IMG/VR virus record: IMGVR_UViG_3300037424_000222
Location: 1-55,598 of that record
Length of the DNA stretch: 55,598 nucleotides
Source: a virus
Taxonomy: Duplodnaviria > Caudoviricetes
Reading direction: 5' to 3' (one strand)
Each line of letters opens with the position of its first letter. The first letter of the stretch is position 1. Below the pieces are notes generated by a model. It did no database searches, was not told the DNA's origin, and saw nothing but the letters and a program-made list of their open reading frames with translations. Both the position numbers and the translations under genes were made by a program. This document shows positions 24,935-36,270 of the stretch, piece by piece.

Positions 24935-27808
24935 TTAGTCCTCCCATTCTGTTTCATCATAAGCATCTCTAAATGCTTCCCTCTTACTCATCAACTTCCT
25001 ACGTTTCTTAAGAGCATCTGAGTCCTTGACAAGACTGGCCTTATACTTACTCCTCAAATCCTTACCCTTAATTACCATATCAGGGAACCCAGCCTTCCTA
25101 GCTGCCCTATTATGTGCAGAGACTTCCTCACTGACAGCGGAGATACCCTCAGAAGCAACCCGAGTGTAGATATCCTTCCTGCTCATATCCAGCTTCATCT
25201 CTTTATTCACATCAAAACGTCCCGTGATAAACTTACCAATAAGCGGGATATCCTGTATTGACTTTGCCTTGTATCCCTCCCCATTTATAATACCAAATAT
25301 ATCAGCAATGAAGTGATCAGCGAAACGAACTGGTGGAAGTACACCATCTATAACATTGGATATAAAGCGATCCTGCTTGATACCCTTGGCCATACTGTAC
25401 CTGTTAAGGAGGAATAGTTGAAACATATTATCAACTGTGTTATCATCCAAGGCTTTCATCATCCCATCAAAGGAACGATCCTTAGTATCTATTTTACTAC
25501 CAGTCATGGTCAGAAGCAGTTCCTTAATCTCATCAGCACCAGCCCCACATGCAGCGAGTAGTGTTACAAGGTAAGTAACCTTCAACCCAGCCTTAGCGTA
25601 GTTTCCTCTCTTTATCTCCAGGGCTGCCTCATCATACATTACATTGAGTGCCTTAATAGAGAAGGTCTTAAGCATGTAGAATACCCGTAGGTTACCACCC
25701 TTGAGGTATGCCTGTGGTAGTTCTGAGAGACTGATTGGTTGTTTATCAGACAGTGCATTAAAGAGCATGAATACTACACGTTCTGTCTCCTTACCATCTC
25801 TCAGATCATCAAAGGTAGCTTGAGTATCCTCACCGAGATACCTCTCCCACTTAGCGAAGAACCTCTTGTTATCCCCAGACTTAGCTACATCACCCCACTT
25901 CTTTAAAGATGCCTGTAGGTGTACTTCCTTACCGAAGAGGTCTATAGACTTTAGACCAGAGTAAGTGAGCACCTTGTCTAGCATCTTAGCAGTAGAGGAA
26001 GAGGATGTAAAATCAGAAATAGAATGACCAAAATCAAAGTACTTTCTGGTTAGCTGACCCTTCTGTACTGTAGAAGCTATTGCCCTAGCTGTAGCTGACA
26101 TAGTGTTAAGAACACCAGTGTCATAGATGATGAATGCAAAGTCACCCAACTGAGTGATAGCTGATAGTGGGTTACCAAGGGTTGTAGCAAGCATGATATT
26201 ACGGGCTGCACTTACAACACCATACGCACCCCTCTGTTTGATACGACCCCTAAGCAAATCAATCACCTGCTGCTGGTCCTTCTTATCAACGGTCTCAGAG
26301 ATAACAGCTGCTATCGAGGTCTCAAGGATTCCCTCTGATTCCTCTAGCTTATTCCCCATATCATTAAACTCAGAACGAAGCATAAGTTTCTCACTTGCTA
26401 TCTGGCCTAACCTCTTCTCATTATCCTTACCCTTAGCTAATCTAGTCTCCTCATTCCTAAGCTTATCAATCCTACGAGAGAGAGAGCGTAACTTTACTAA
26501 CTCCTTCTTCCTACTAGTTACACCAAAGGTCTCACGGATATTAACAGCATCTGTCATATCATAAGTCCCTTCAATAGCGGAGGAGATTGGGTCTGCATAA
26601 AACTTAAGGGCTGATGGTGGGATAGTTCTAATCATACGTTCCTTACTTCCTGCTGGCTTCTTAATTACATTACCATACCCAGCATTAAGCATATCCCCTA
26701 TGACCTGATACCTATCATTCTTTGAGAACCCCTTACCCTCCCTAGCGAACTTCTTACTTCTCCGCTCTATCTCCACATCAATCATATTGGCTATGTCTGG
26801 GTTCTCCTCATGTAAGTGGAGCATGAGACCCTCATAGTCCTTAATCTTCCTGTGGTGGTAGTATCCATCTACGAGATGATCAACAAGACCAACAGATACA
26901 GCACGGTCACGAAGCTCCTCCTGCATAGCATCAAAGGAGGTAATGTCAATATTGAACTCCTTAACTAAGGCATTCTTAAGCTCTACGTTACCACTGTATA
27001 CTGCATCTGCCCACATCATCTTCTGCTTCTCAGTCAGCTTACTGTAGCTCTCTGCATAGGACTCTATGGCTACCTTATACTTCTTCATATCTTGATGTAC
27101 TCCATTCTCATACCTCTGTAGCATCTCTGCTACCTTAGTGGAGTACTCTGCAATACGTGATCGGGTTGATCTGAATGCCTCTGATGCTAGGTTCCTAACT
27201 TCCTTAAACTTGGATAGGACTGGTGTAAGTTTACCAGTGGAGTTTAGTGCAACATCAGCACGATCCTCAGCTTGACGAAGGAGCTCCTCCTTAGAGAGAG
27301 GTACCTCTAGTTTACCTTGGGTACTTGGCTTTCCTTTAACAGAGAGTCCATCCCCTCCAGCCAATCCTTTGGTGCTCCCATCTTTCTTGCTTGCTCCAGG
27401 GAGTTCCATGCCTTTTTGTACACCTTGTCTTGCTCCTTTTGCTCCAGCATCCCTTGTAGTCCTCCCCGACCAATCTATGGTTTCCTTAGTTCTGTGGGTG
27501 TAAATCCCAGCAATGACGTTTGCTAACTGCTGAGGGAAAGACTTCCCAATATACAGCTTTGATTCCCTCACCTTACTAAACACATCAGCCATTAACTCCT
27601 TGTGGTTATCGGGTATCAGTGACTCCACATAGTCTAGGAACTTATCAGGGTTATCAAAGGAAATATCCTCCTTAGCATTGGAAGTAATTAAATCTAGTCT
27701 CTCCCTAGCTTTGTCGAGCTTATCCTGCAAGAAGGACTCATCCTTGAGTATCCTTGCACGTTCAGCCATACTAACATCTAGCTTCTTTAGCTCATTCGAA
27801 CAACTCAT
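24935..27808 (-). CDS. Large internal virion / DNA ejection protein
   Basis: 957 aa, helical, last gene of the structural arm; call is positional. Confidence 0.6.
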   Translation of the reverse strand: MSCSNELKKLDVSMAERARILKDESFLQDKLDKARERLDLITSNAKEDISFDNPDKFLDYVESLIPDNHKELMADVFSKVRESKLYIGKSFPQQLANVIAGIYTHRTKETIDWSGRTTRDAGAKGARQGVQKGMELPGASKKDGSTKGLAGGDGLSVKGKPSTQGKLEVPLSKEELLRQAEDRADVALNSTGKLTPVLSKFKEVRNLASEAFRSTRSRIAEYSTKVAEMLQRYENGVHQDMKKYKVAIESYAESYSKLTEKQKMMWADAVYSGNVELKNALVKEFNIDITSFDAMQEELRDRAVSVGLVDHLVDGYYHHRKIKDYEGLMLHLHEENPDIANMIDVEIERRSKKFAREGKGFSKNDRYQVIGDMLNAGYGNVIKKPAGSKERMIRTIPPSALKFYADPISSAIEGTYDMTDAVNIRETFGVTSRKKELVKLRSLSRRIDKLRNEETRLAKGKDNEKRLGQIASEKLMLRSEFNDMGNKLEESEGILETSIAAVISETVDKKDQQQVIDLLRGRIKQRGAYGVVSAARNIMLATTLGNPLSAITQLGDFAFIIYDTGVLNTMSATARAIASTVQKGQLTRKYFDFGHSISDFTSSSSTAKMLDKVLTYSGLKSIDLFGKEVHLQASLKKWGDVAKSGDNKRFFAKWERYLGEDTQATFDDLRDGKETERVVFMLFNALSDKQPISLSELPQAYLKGGNLRVFYMLKTFSIKALNVMYDEAALEIKRGNYAKAGLKVTYLVTLLAACGAGADEIKELLLTMTGSKIDTKDRSFDGMMKALDDNTVDNMFQLFLLNRYSMAKGIKQDRFISNVIDGVLPPVRFADHFIADIFGIINGEGYKAKSIQDIPLIGKFITGRFDVNKEMKLDMSRKDIYTRVASEGISAVSEEVSAHNRAARKAGFPDMVIKGKDLRSKYKASLVKDSDALKKRRKLMSKREAFRDAYDETEWED

Positions 27809-30800
27809 TTTTTACCACCCTTTCCTTTACGTACACAAGCCAATGCATTCTCAAGATCAGTGACATCCTCTACTGCATTCTTCACCTTTCCATCTCCAAT
27901 ATCTTCTGCACGTATGGTTGAGTGTACTATTGCACCATCAACCTCATACATAATTGGGGTACCAATCTTAATGTCCTCTAGTTCCAAGTTAGATATCGCA
28001 CCAGTCCGAGCAACTATAAGGGCTTCTCTCTTAGTATTTATCTCCCTCTCGGAAACCTTACGAATACCCTTACCCGTATCCTTAATCTCCTTAGCTGGGA
28101 GTTCCTCAACTACCTTCTTCTCTGCAACTAACTCCTTAGGTTTCCCCTCTCTACTTGGTGTGAAGGATTCCTCTAAACTTGTCTTCTCTAGCTCACCCTT
28201 CTTAAGAGGTGTCTTACCTTTCTCACTAGCAATCTGTGCAGCAAACTCATCACCAAAGATATCACTGGCTCTCTTACTACCAGTTGCTACCATCTGCTCT
28301 GAGGGTTTGTGTGCTATCCCTAGGTTCTTCTCAAATGCAATCTGCAACTGTCTGTTGTCTGCACCACTTGGTGCAACTACATTACCCTGCTGGTTATTAT
28401 CACCACGATAGATAGCCTTTCCAACCTTAGGGGTAGGGAACTTAGCACCCTCTTTAAACTCATAACCACGCATAATCATGTATTTAACTGGAGTATTACT
28501 TCCCTCAGGCTTATACTCAGTATTTAGTATATTATCCTTGAGTGTCCAGGTAAGCCCAGTCTGTACTACACCAGCCTTAGAGAGCAAGAGCTTATTAGCC
28601 TTAGCAATAGTATTAGCTACTCTGGGGAGGGCCTTGCCCCTATCAGAAGGAGGAAGACTAGCTACAGCATTCTTAGCAGCTAAGAGGAGGGTGTTGGTAT
28701 GCGTATTAGCAAGTTCCTCTGGGGTATCAGCCAACTTGCTATCTGTGAAATCAGCTAAATGCTCCTTAATAGCATTAATATCATCATTAAGGATAGCAGA
28801 TACAATAGGATGTTTGATACTCTCCTGTGGCATACTTGGTGCTAGGTTCTTACTGACTAGCTTCTTTGCGGGGGCGGCAGCTAGTTCCTCCTCCTCAGTT
28901 GGGTAGATAAGGGATTCAGGAGACATTGATACTGCCTGACCACCAATATATCCAGTCTTGGCTGAACCAACTTTTGTCGTAGTTGCCTCCTTCTTCTTAC
29001 TAGCAACCTTTTGAGCAATGGTTTGTGGTTTAACACTAACTTCCTCGACTAAATCAGGGGTTTCCTTTTCCAACTCAGAAGCCCCATACTCCTCCATGAA
29101 AGCCTTCTGCCCCTGCTCTGCACGTAACCTACCACTCTCTACTGAGGCTTTCCTAGCCCTAATCTCAGCAATATACTTAGGATTATTCCTGTTGGCTACA
29201 TACTCCTTGTAAGCTGCTTCATGCTCTGTAATAGAGGATGCCTCAGCTGCTGTCTCCTCCTGTTGTTTCTTAAAGTCTGCGATACTCTTCTCTTCCTCAC
29301 CAACAAGGGAGGGTGAGTAGGATTTATGAGCTTCTTCCCAAGAGGCAAGTAACTCTCCTCTCTTTAGCTCTGCACTTCTAGCGGCAATCTTATCTTCCTC
29401 TCCAACATTAGAAGCCTGTACATAGTCTCTGGAGGTCTGCCCAAAGATTGCCTCTGGTCCAAGTATGTCAGCAGTAAGTGGAACCTCTGCTTCCTTACTC
29501 AGGAACCTACCGCTATCTGGCTCTATGCCATTCTTACGAAGTAGCTGATCCACATAGGGAGTAGACATAGGATCATTGTCCTTATCATTCTCCATTTGTG
29601 AACTAGCAAAGTCGATAAGCTTGGTACTCATGTCAATAGGAGTTCCAGCTTCAATAGCTAGATTAGCTCCATTTAGCCATGACTGAGCAAACTCATCATT
29701 ACCAGTACCTTCTGCAATACGCTTAGATATAGAATCAGCTACATGCGAACGGATAGCTTTGACTTGCTCGGGTGTCCTGTTCTCTGTTACTGGTGCATTG
29801 AGCCCCTTATAGAAACCATCCTGCTGTACCTTACTGAGACCAAAACCACCAGCACCAAAGCCAAGTGACATGAACACCGTTGATAGGGCTGTTACTGCTA
29901 GGGCATCCTGCATATCCTGCTTGGGGTAGCCCATACGTTCATCAGATTTTAATGCAGTATAGGTAGTTGCAAGCTCACCAGTAAGCTCTACTGGCATAGT
30001 CTTCATAAGGAGAGAGCCAAATTCCTTTAGCCCAACACTTTTAATCTCATTAAGGGTAGCATTAAGACCACCCTTGACTACAGTGCCAGTCTTACCAAGT
30101 ACCCTATACAGTACAGCATCACCTACCCACTCAGGGATAGCCTCAGCCATACCCTGTACACCAGCTTCCTTCATAGCAACATTATGAGATACCCCACGTG
30201 AGATAGCCTCATCATACTTCATCTTTGCAGTACCACCACCAAAGGATAGGGCTAGGGCAGCCGTACCAGCGACAACACCAATGGCTGGTGCTACTGGGAG
30301 GGTGAATGGATTGGAGGCTGCTAGGGCTGTTGCAGAGGCTCCTACGGCCCATGGCGTCATAGAGCCAGGAGTACTGCCAATAAAGGAGTCCCAACCCTGC
30401 CCAAGGGTACTTCTCTCACCACGTAGTTCCGGTTGTGTTGGGCGTGCTGGAGAACTGTTGGAGATATACTCACCAACATTACGAATGGACTTACCAACGG
30501 TATCTGCTACTGTTCCCTCATCCTTAAATCCGCTGCTATCAAGTAACTGGATACCAGCACCAGTCTGCTGAATTGTTTCACCTACACCACCAAGCAACTT
30601 ACTAGCAATGTTTCCCACTGCACCACGTTGTTCTGCTGGTGCTTGGAAATAATCCACTGCCTTAAGTGCTTGCTGTGTATAGTTATCCCTTACAGCAGCA
30701 ACCTCCTCTGGTTTCATGGAGAGGAGTCTAGGATCATCTTTGTACTTCTTATTAAAGTAAGTTTGAATAACGGGAGCACGTTCCTCTGGCTGCATATCAA

Positions 30801-30834
30801 ACATTCTTTTATCATTGAATATATCAAAAGCCAT
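27805..30834 (-). CDS. Large internal virion / ejection protein
   Basis: 1009 aa with Gly/Ala-rich hydrophobic segments; call is positional. Confidence 0.6.
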   Translation of the reverse strand: MAFDIFNDKRMFDMQPEERAPVIQTYFNKKYKDDPRLLSMKPEEVAAVRDNYTQQALKAVDYFQAPAEQRGAVGNIASKLLGGVGETIQQTGAGIQLLDSSGFKDEGTVADTVGKSIRNVGEYISNSSPARPTQPELRGERSTLGQGWDSFIGSTPGSMTPWAVGASATALAASNPFTLPVAPAIGVVAGTAALALSFGGGTAKMKYDEAISRGVSHNVAMKEAGVQGMAEAIPEWVGDAVLYRVLGKTGTVVKGGLNATLNEIKSVGLKEFGSLLMKTMPVELTGELATTYTALKSDERMGYPKQDMQDALAVTALSTVFMSLGFGAGGFGLSKVQQDGFYKGLNAPVTENRTPEQVKAIRSHVADSISKRIAEGTGNDEFAQSWLNGANLAIEAGTPIDMSTKLIDFASSQMENDKDNDPMSTPYVDQLLRKNGIEPDSGRFLSKEAEVPLTADILGPEAIFGQTSRDYVQASNVGEEDKIAARSAELKRGELLASWEEAHKSYSPSLVGEEEKSIADFKKQQEETAAEASSITEHEAAYKEYVANRNNPKYIAEIRARKASVESGRLRAEQGQKAFMEEYGASELEKETPDLVEEVSVKPQTIAQKVASKKKEATTTKVGSAKTGYIGGQAVSMSPESLIYPTEEEELAAAPAKKLVSKNLAPSMPQESIKHPIVSAILNDDINAIKEHLADFTDSKLADTPEELANTHTNTLLLAAKNAVASLPPSDRGKALPRVANTIAKANKLLLSKAGVVQTGLTWTLKDNILNTEYKPEGSNTPVKYMIMRGYEFKEGAKFPTPKVGKAIYRGDNNQQGNVVAPSGADNRQLQIAFEKNLGIAHKPSEQMVATGSKRASDIFGDEFAAQIASEKGKTPLKKGELEKTSLEESFTPSREGKPKELVAEKKVVEELPAKEIKDTGKGIRKVSEREINTKREALIVARTGAISNLELEDIKIGTPIMYEVDGAIVHSTIRAEDIGDGKVKNAVEDVTDLENALACVRKGKGGKK

Positions 30835-30847
30835 TAAGGTGTCCTTA

Positions 30848-31786
30848 TTATTTAATTCCAGTCCATCTCTTTACATTCTCTTTCGCATTCCTACCAAGCT
30901 CACTGGCTGAGGTATTACTAAAAACCTCCTTAGCACCACCAAGGACTCCCCTACCAACTTCCTTAATCTTTTCTGTATCAACCTTATAGGGGGCTTGAGA
31001 GGATGTAGGGGAGGAAAGCAGTCCTGGTCTTACTAAAGTAGCGGGTACTCTTGATTTTACTGGAACTGGGGGAGTAGTGGGAATGACTGGTTTAGGGGTT
31101 GAAGTAATTACACTCCCAAGCTCATCCTCTACAACCCCAGTAGATAGTGTCTGGCCAAGCTGAATCTTCGTCATAGTATCTGCTGCCGCTGCTTTCTCTG
31201 CTGCTGAGGCTTTCTCATATGCTGGATCATTATCAACAAGGGTAGAGTTAGCTCGATAGATACTAGAGTATTGCGTAGATAACTCATTTTTAGGGTTCAT
31301 AAGGTCGAGTTTTGTTACCTCTGCAACAATCGCCCTCTGCTCCTGCTCGGGGGATAGCCCCAGAGACTTAATCTGTGCAATAGCAGCAGCTGTCTCCCTA
31401 CCCTTAGCTGTAGCAGCTATCCCAGCAGCAGCCTGAGCAACCTTAATCTGCATCTCACCCTGCCTCTTATTCACCTCAATCTGGCCACGTGTAGCATACC
31501 CACCTGGGCCATGCGCTGCTTCATCGGCTTTGGTCCTATATCCCTCTGAGCCCCATGCAGACTTATCGGCTTCAGTCTGGTTTGCAATATTGGCCTTATT
31601 AATCTCCATGGCATTTAACTTACTAACCTCAGCCATGTGCTCCTCTTTAAGGGCCTTACTATTCTCTAGTAGCTGCTGCATAGAGAACTCTTCCTGCCTA
31701 GCCAGGGACTTCCCATATGCATCAAAACCTAGCATACCCCCACCAGTAACTGCACCAACCATCAGGTCTCCAAAAGATGCCCCCAT
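30848..31786 (-). CDS. Putative internal virion protein
   Basis: Ala/Gln-rich; position in the structural arm. Confidence 0.5.
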   Translation of the reverse strand: MGASFGDLMVGAVTGGGMLGFDAYGKSLARQEEFSMQQLLENSKALKEEHMAEVSKLNAMEINKANIANQTEADKSAWGSEGYRTKADEAAHGPGGYATRGQIEVNKRQGEMQIKVAQAAAGIAATAKGRETAAAIAQIKSLGLSPEQEQRAIVAEVTKLDLMNPKNELSTQYSSIYRANSTLVDNDPAYEKASAAEKAAAADTMTKIQLGQTLSTGVVEDELGSVITSTPKPVIPTTPPVPVKSRVPATLVRPGLLSSPTSSQAPYKVDTEKIKEVGRGVLGGAKEVFSNTSASELGRNAKENVKRWTGIK

Positions 31787-32469
31787 TATACTGTACCTCC
31801 CTGCTGTACTTGTGCTAATAGGCCCTTAAGTCTAGCATTCTCTTCCTCTAGGGGCTTAACATTATCACCGATAATTTTCTGTTGTGCCATCTCCTCAGTA
31901 GGTTCGGGAGGAACACCAGACTGTTTAGCTCCCTGGGAACCAATAGTGCGTTGGGTCTGGGACATGAGGGGCTCAACCTGTCTCTGTAATGCAATAGGAT
32001 CAATAGATCCATCCTTCATACCGGCTTCCATAAATGCCTGTAGGGACTTCTCCATAATGATGGATACAGTGTTGTAGTCCTCCATGCTTACATTGAAGAA
32101 CCCACCAGCATTACCAAGCTCCATTAGGTCTGCAACAAGAACTACAAAAGAGGCCAACATGACATCCTGGGGTATCTTCTGATTTGCTTTTGTTGATGCC
32201 TGTTTAAAGAGCCTAATGATCATCATAGAAGTAATTGGGATGCTCTGCTCTGGGGGACCACTCTTAAGCTGTTCCGTGACAGATGCCCTAGTCTCCTTAC
32301 CATGCGCTAACCGAAGCAACCCAGCAGAGATAACGTCTACCTGACGCTTTAGTGCTGGGTTCATATCAGTTGTACTAGTATCTTCCATCTGCTTAGTAAG
32401 AAGCCCAGAAGACCTTTCCTCCTGATTCTTACTACGAATCATTTGTTTCTTTAGTTTTCCACCAGCCAT
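31786..32469 (-). CDS. Putative virion protein
   Basis: Overlap-coupled ORF. Confidence 0.5.
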   Translation of the reverse strand: MAGGKLKKQMIRSKNQEERSSGLLTKQMEDTSTTDMNPALKRQVDVISAGLLRLAHGKETRASVTEQLKSGPPEQSIPITSMMIIRLFKQASTKANQKIPQDVMLASFVVLVADLMELGNAGGFFNVSMEDYNTVSIIMEKSLQAFMEAGMKDGSIDPIALQRQVEPLMSQTQRTIGSQGAKQSGVPPEPTEEMAQQKIIGDNVKPLEEENARLKGLLAQVQQGGTV

Positions 32470-33233
32470 TATTGTAGGCCCTCCTGGTTATTTGAACCTA
32501 CCTTCAATGCAGATAGGTTATCTGTTCTTCTCTTTGTGCTTTCCTCAAAACGCTGCCTCATTGCATCAAGGGTCTCCTTATGCAAATCAACCTCACCCTG
32601 GACCTGCCCTTGTGCTAATGCCAACTCACCCTGGTACTTATTAAGGTTCGTTAGGTATTCTTGGTATGCTGAGTCATATAAGCTCTTAGTCTCAGTAGAC
32701 CAACTAGAGAAAACAGGGTCGGTAGCAAGACCAGTACCAAGCTTTGAGATAGTGCCATACTCCTGTATCTGTCCAACCATTGGATCACCAATAGAGGATG
32801 GGATGTAGATAGAGGGTAGGGTTGCTAGCGGAACCTTTTTCTTTAGGATATCACTAGCTGGGATAAGAGCACCCTCACTCTTATACTGTGAAGGGGAAGA
32901 TACATTTATATACTCACCCATGGGCTGTGAAGAGTACCAACTCTTATAGGCATCCACTGATGGGTTCTTATACCCTTCAAGGGTTTGAGTAGCTTCCGTA
33001 GTATACTTATCAATCTCCTGCTGTCCAGCATCTAGGGAAGCTTGCATCCCACCTATATAATCCGCAAAGGCTAGGTCTTGGGCCTTCTGTGATGCTATTC
33101 CACTCTGTGTGGAGGTTGTACCATACTCTTTTGAGTATACATACTTATCTTCCTCTGGTAAGTCTCTATTTAGCCTAGACTCCCCACCAATATCTCGTAA
33201 GTACTTCTCATACTCCGCTTCCTGAATTGTCAT
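32469..33233 (-). CDS. Putative virion protein
   Basis: Overlap-coupled ORF. Confidence 0.5.
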   Translation of the reverse strand: MTIQEAEYEKYLRDIGGESRLNRDLPEEDKYVYSKEYGTTSTQSGIASQKAQDLAFADYIGGMQASLDAGQQEIDKYTTEATQTLEGYKNPSVDAYKSWYSSQPMGEYINVSSPSQYKSEGALIPASDILKKKVPLATLPSIYIPSSIGDPMVGQIQEYGTISKLGTGLATDPVFSSWSTETKSLYDSAYQEYLTNLNKYQGELALAQGQVQGEVDLHKETLDAMRQRFEESTKRRTDNLSALKVGSNNQEGLQ

Positions 33234-33242
33234 ACAGGTGCC

Positions 33243-34004
33243 TTATGCTGGTGAGGGGGTTAGGAAGGGCTTTGTACTAAGGGAGAGTAGTCCAGTTGAC
33301 CTACGCTTCCTAGCCTCTTCCTCTTCCTTGGCCGGATTTAAGAGTGCCTCTCTCTGGAACCCAACATTGACATCTTGTGCCCGTTTAGACTCTGCAATAC
33401 TAATATCCTGTTGCTCTCTCTGCTGTACCCCGATTAGCTTCTGTCTCTCAAGGGCATCAGCGTTGTTCTGTGTATTGATTGCGATACTAGTAGCAGCAGT
33501 AGATGCAGCCGTTTCCTTTGCAGTATCAGCAGCCTTACCAGCAGAGTACATTGAACCAAGTCCACTAAAGACACCCTGGCCAATACCAGCATAGATACTC
33601 TTTTCCTGCTGTCCTGCGATAAGCTCTCTATTCGCTTTATTCTCTTCCTTATAAGTCTCTGCCCAGGAGGGGGCTAACATACCAGCCGCCTTAGTCTCAC
33701 CACCGGTAGTTGGTTGGCTTGGCTGTGGTTCAACCCTTCCGGTATCCCTAATGGCTACCTCAGCAGATCGTTCTGCATCCATCCTATTCTGAATACCATT
33801 AGTAAAATACTCAGTAAAGCCCCCAGCAACAGCACCACCAACAGCACCAAAGAGGATACCCTTACTAAGAGACCCTCCAGAGATAAGGGCTGTGATACCC
33901 CCAATAGCAGCACCAACTATAGCTCCCTGTATAACTGCTGTTACTACAGAGGCTACAGCCGTACTTGTAAAGAAACTACCAACAACCGATGATAACCAAT
34001 CCAT
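33243..34004 (-). CDS. Putative DNA pilot / ejection protein
   Basis: N-terminal glycine-zipper hydrophobic segments (GAIVGAAIGG, GAVGGAVAGG). Confidence 0.55.
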   Translation of the reverse strand: MDWLSSVVGSFFTSTAVASVVTAVIQGAIVGAAIGGITALISGGSLSKGILFGAVGGAVAGGFTEYFTNGIQNRMDAERSAEVAIRDTGRVEPQPSQPTTGGETKAAGMLAPSWAETYKEENKANRELIAGQQEKSIYAGIGQGVFSGLGSMYSAGKAADTAKETAASTAATSIAINTQNNADALERQKLIGVQQREQQDISIAESKRAQDVNVGFQREALLNPAKEEEEARKRRSTGLLSLSTKPFLTPSPA

Positions 34005-34031
34005 AATATATTCCCCTTAGTTTCCCTTACC

Positions 34032-34985
34032 TTAGACAGCCGTAGAAGGAGAAGCTGTAAAGCTAATCGCGTTTGTCATTGCAGTTAAGTATGGAGACAC
34101 ATCAATAGATACTGAATCAGTGAGGAACCTAATCTCTCCAACGGTCTGTGCAAGTATATTATTTAGTGTTTGCTGAATCGTGGCAGATGGTAACTGAGTA
34201 AAGTCAGGGTCTTTAAGTAACTGCTCTACTGTTACCTGATAGTTTTCCAGGAGAGAGTGTGACTGATTCATTGCATCCTGTGCCTGTGCTGCATCAATCT
34301 CCTGTGTCTTCAATTTCTCATTAAGGGATGCATTAAGAATCGTCATTGAGGAGCCTGTGAGATACTTATAGGACTCCTGCACACCAATCAGGGCAGACTG
34401 CTGCTCTGTAGTCAATTTAGCTGTAAGTCCAGCAACCTGCGTCTCAAGCATCTTATTAAACTTACTCTGCTGTTGCTCAATACTGGCTGCTTGTTCCTTA
34501 AGAGACCCGGATATCATACCGCTGGCTTTATCAGCTGCTACTTGACTCTCAAGAGCTTGCTGGCCCTTCATCTTATCAGCATATGTAGCAGCATCACTAG
34601 TAGCAATGGGGAGCATACTCTTCATAGCCTCACCCTGAGCAGCACCAACAGCCATGGATGAGGATAAGAGACCCATCTTATTAGCCTGTAAATTAGCCTT
34701 AGTTTCGGCTTGCTTCATAAGGGGGGAGTTAGAGGATAGCAGGGAAGCCATCTGATTAGATACAAGTGATTCTGGGGTTACATAGTCAGAGCCACTTTTA
34801 ATACCTGTGTTCAACTGTTCAGTAGTCGGACCAGAGTAAGTGGTAGGAGTAAAACCAGTGGAACTATTAAGTAGTCCAGTAGTATCCCCAACAGTGGTAT
34901 CCATATTACTGCTAGCTGTATTTAACAGGGATGAGGTTCTTTCCTCTGCTGGTACTAGGGGATCATCAGCAGTTCCTATTGTCAT
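34032..34985 (-). CDS. Putative internal virion protein
   Basis: SPLMKQA...GLLSSSMAVGAAQ...LPIA..DA motif. Confidence 0.55.
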   Translation of the reverse strand: MTIGTADDPLVPAEERTSSLLNTASSNMDTTVGDTTGLLNSSTGFTPTTYSGPTTEQLNTGIKSGSDYVTPESLVSNQMASLLSSNSPLMKQAETKANLQANKMGLLSSSMAVGAAQGEAMKSMLPIATSDAATYADKMKGQQALESQVAADKASGMISGSLKEQAASIEQQQSKFNKMLETQVAGLTAKLTTEQQSALIGVQESYKYLTGSSMTILNASLNEKLKTQEIDAAQAQDAMNQSHSLLENYQVTVEQLLKDPDFTQLPSATIQQTLNNILAQTVGEIRFLTDSVSIDVSPYLTAMTNAISFTASPSTAV

Positions 34986-35048
34986 TATTCACTCCTTGTA
35001 CTACAAAGGTTTATTAGTTATGATAGGTATGTTGGTTTAACACAACAG

Positions 35049-35093
35049 AAACCTACTAACTGTATTATAACATATTGAGTATTCTGGTGTCAA
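35049..35093 (-). promoter_or_regulatory. Sigma70-type promoter with conserved downstream element, ahead of the ejection genes
   Basis: TTGACA-N18-TATAAT, then ACAGTTAGTAGGTTT. Confidence 0.8.
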
Positions 35094-35102
35094 GTGTTTT
35101 CT

Positions 35103-35498
35103 TTAGTCTCTGCTGACTATTCTTGATCCGAACCAGTTACTGACATTTGCTTCTAGGAATACCCGTGTCCCTGGATCAACCGCTGTAAGACCAAATACAG
35201 TTGCACCTAAGATGAGTATTGAAGCTACTACTGTCACCGGACGTATGGCTGCTCGTAGATCAATAACCCATAGATGTGGTGTACCTATCACATCCCTATT
35301 AAACCATTGAATATCAACCTTAAGTTTCTCAGTTATAGCAGAAATATAAGGAACCATAATCTCTGGCTTAGTATCTGCCAATGCTGATAAAGTGGCTTCA
35401 ACTGTGTCCTCTTCTGGTTTTAGAAACTTCTTCTTAATAAAGTCGTAGATAGGTGGGGCCACTAATGATACTAGGCTTACTACCGCATCAATTACCAT
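35103..35498 (-). CDS. Holin-like membrane protein
   Basis: WV..LRA.IRP, then a hydrophobic helix and a terminal WFGSR. Confidence 0.55.
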   Translation of the reverse strand: MVIDAVVSLVSLVAPPIYDFIKKKFLKPEEDTVEATLSALADTKPEIMVPYISAITEKLKVDIQWFNRDVIGTPHLWVIDLRAAIRPVTVVASILILGATVFGLTAVDPGTRVFLEANVSNWFGSRIVSRD

Positions 35499-35500
35499 CT

Positions 35501-35887
35501 TTACTCCTCTCTAATGTAAATTACCACTGAACCCTGAGCAGAAACAACTGAGTTCCCTGTGATAGTGAGTGTAAGTGCCCCAGCTACAGGACACTCCCAG
35601 GGTACTGTTGCTACTGTAGGGAAGCACTGTTCAGTTACCGTAGCTGATCTATCTGCACCAGCCCCACCCAACACATCAATACCATTACTATCGGTAAGCG
35701 TGATATCATACAAGGTTGTTGGTGCTGGGTCTCCTGGATCAGTTACTACTCTTAATACTACACCAGAGAAGGCTCTTACAGCCTTAGGAGGCACCGTTCC
35801 ATCGGTGGCATCACCTACCCATGTACATTCAATTTTCTTAACCTTTCCACCTGGATTACCATTGTTCACAGTGATAAGACCAGCCAT
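35501..35887 (-). CDS. Putative small structural protein
   Basis: Beta-rich; PTTLYDITLTD..G.DVL.GAG. Confidence 0.5.
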   Translation of the reverse strand: MAGLITVNNGNPGGKVKKIECTWVGDATDGTVPPKAVRAFSGVVLRVVTDPGDPAPTTLYDITLTDSNGIDVLGGAGADRSATVTEQCFPTVATVPWECPVAGALTLTITGNSVVSAQGSVVIYIREE

Positions 35888-35898
35888 ACTAGTTTCTC

Positions 35899-36270
35899 CT
35901 ATTTAGTAATATGTTGTAATATAGTTGCGACGATTAAAAGTGCAGTACTTGTTACAAGCGTAATCATTATCTTATCCCGAGCAACAAATCTTCTATCACA
36001 CTCAAACGACTTATCAAGACACTCCTTGTGTACTGACTCTATAGTTTTATCCAGAAAATCCTGACGCAACTTACAAGTTGTTGAACAAGATGCCAATGAT
36101 AGATTAATATTATCTACCTTTAGCAAGGTCATATTCATTAACTTTAACTCTTGCTGCATTAGTCCTTGTGATGTGGCAATCTGTTGAAAGATATCCCCCA
36201 GTTTGTCAACCTTAAGTTCTAGTTTAGTAAACCTATCAACCATATCCATCATCCCCTCATTATCTTTCAC
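35899..36270 (-). CDS. Coiled-coil protein with C-terminal transmembrane helix
   Basis: Hydrophobic C-terminus IMITLVTSTALLIVATIL. Confidence 0.55.
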   Translation of the reverse strand: MKDNEGMMDMVDRFTKLELKVDKLGDIFQQIATSQGLMQQELKLMNMTLLKVDNINLSLASCSTTCKLRQDFLDKTIESVHKECLDKSFECDRRFVARDKIMITLVTSTALLIVATILQHITK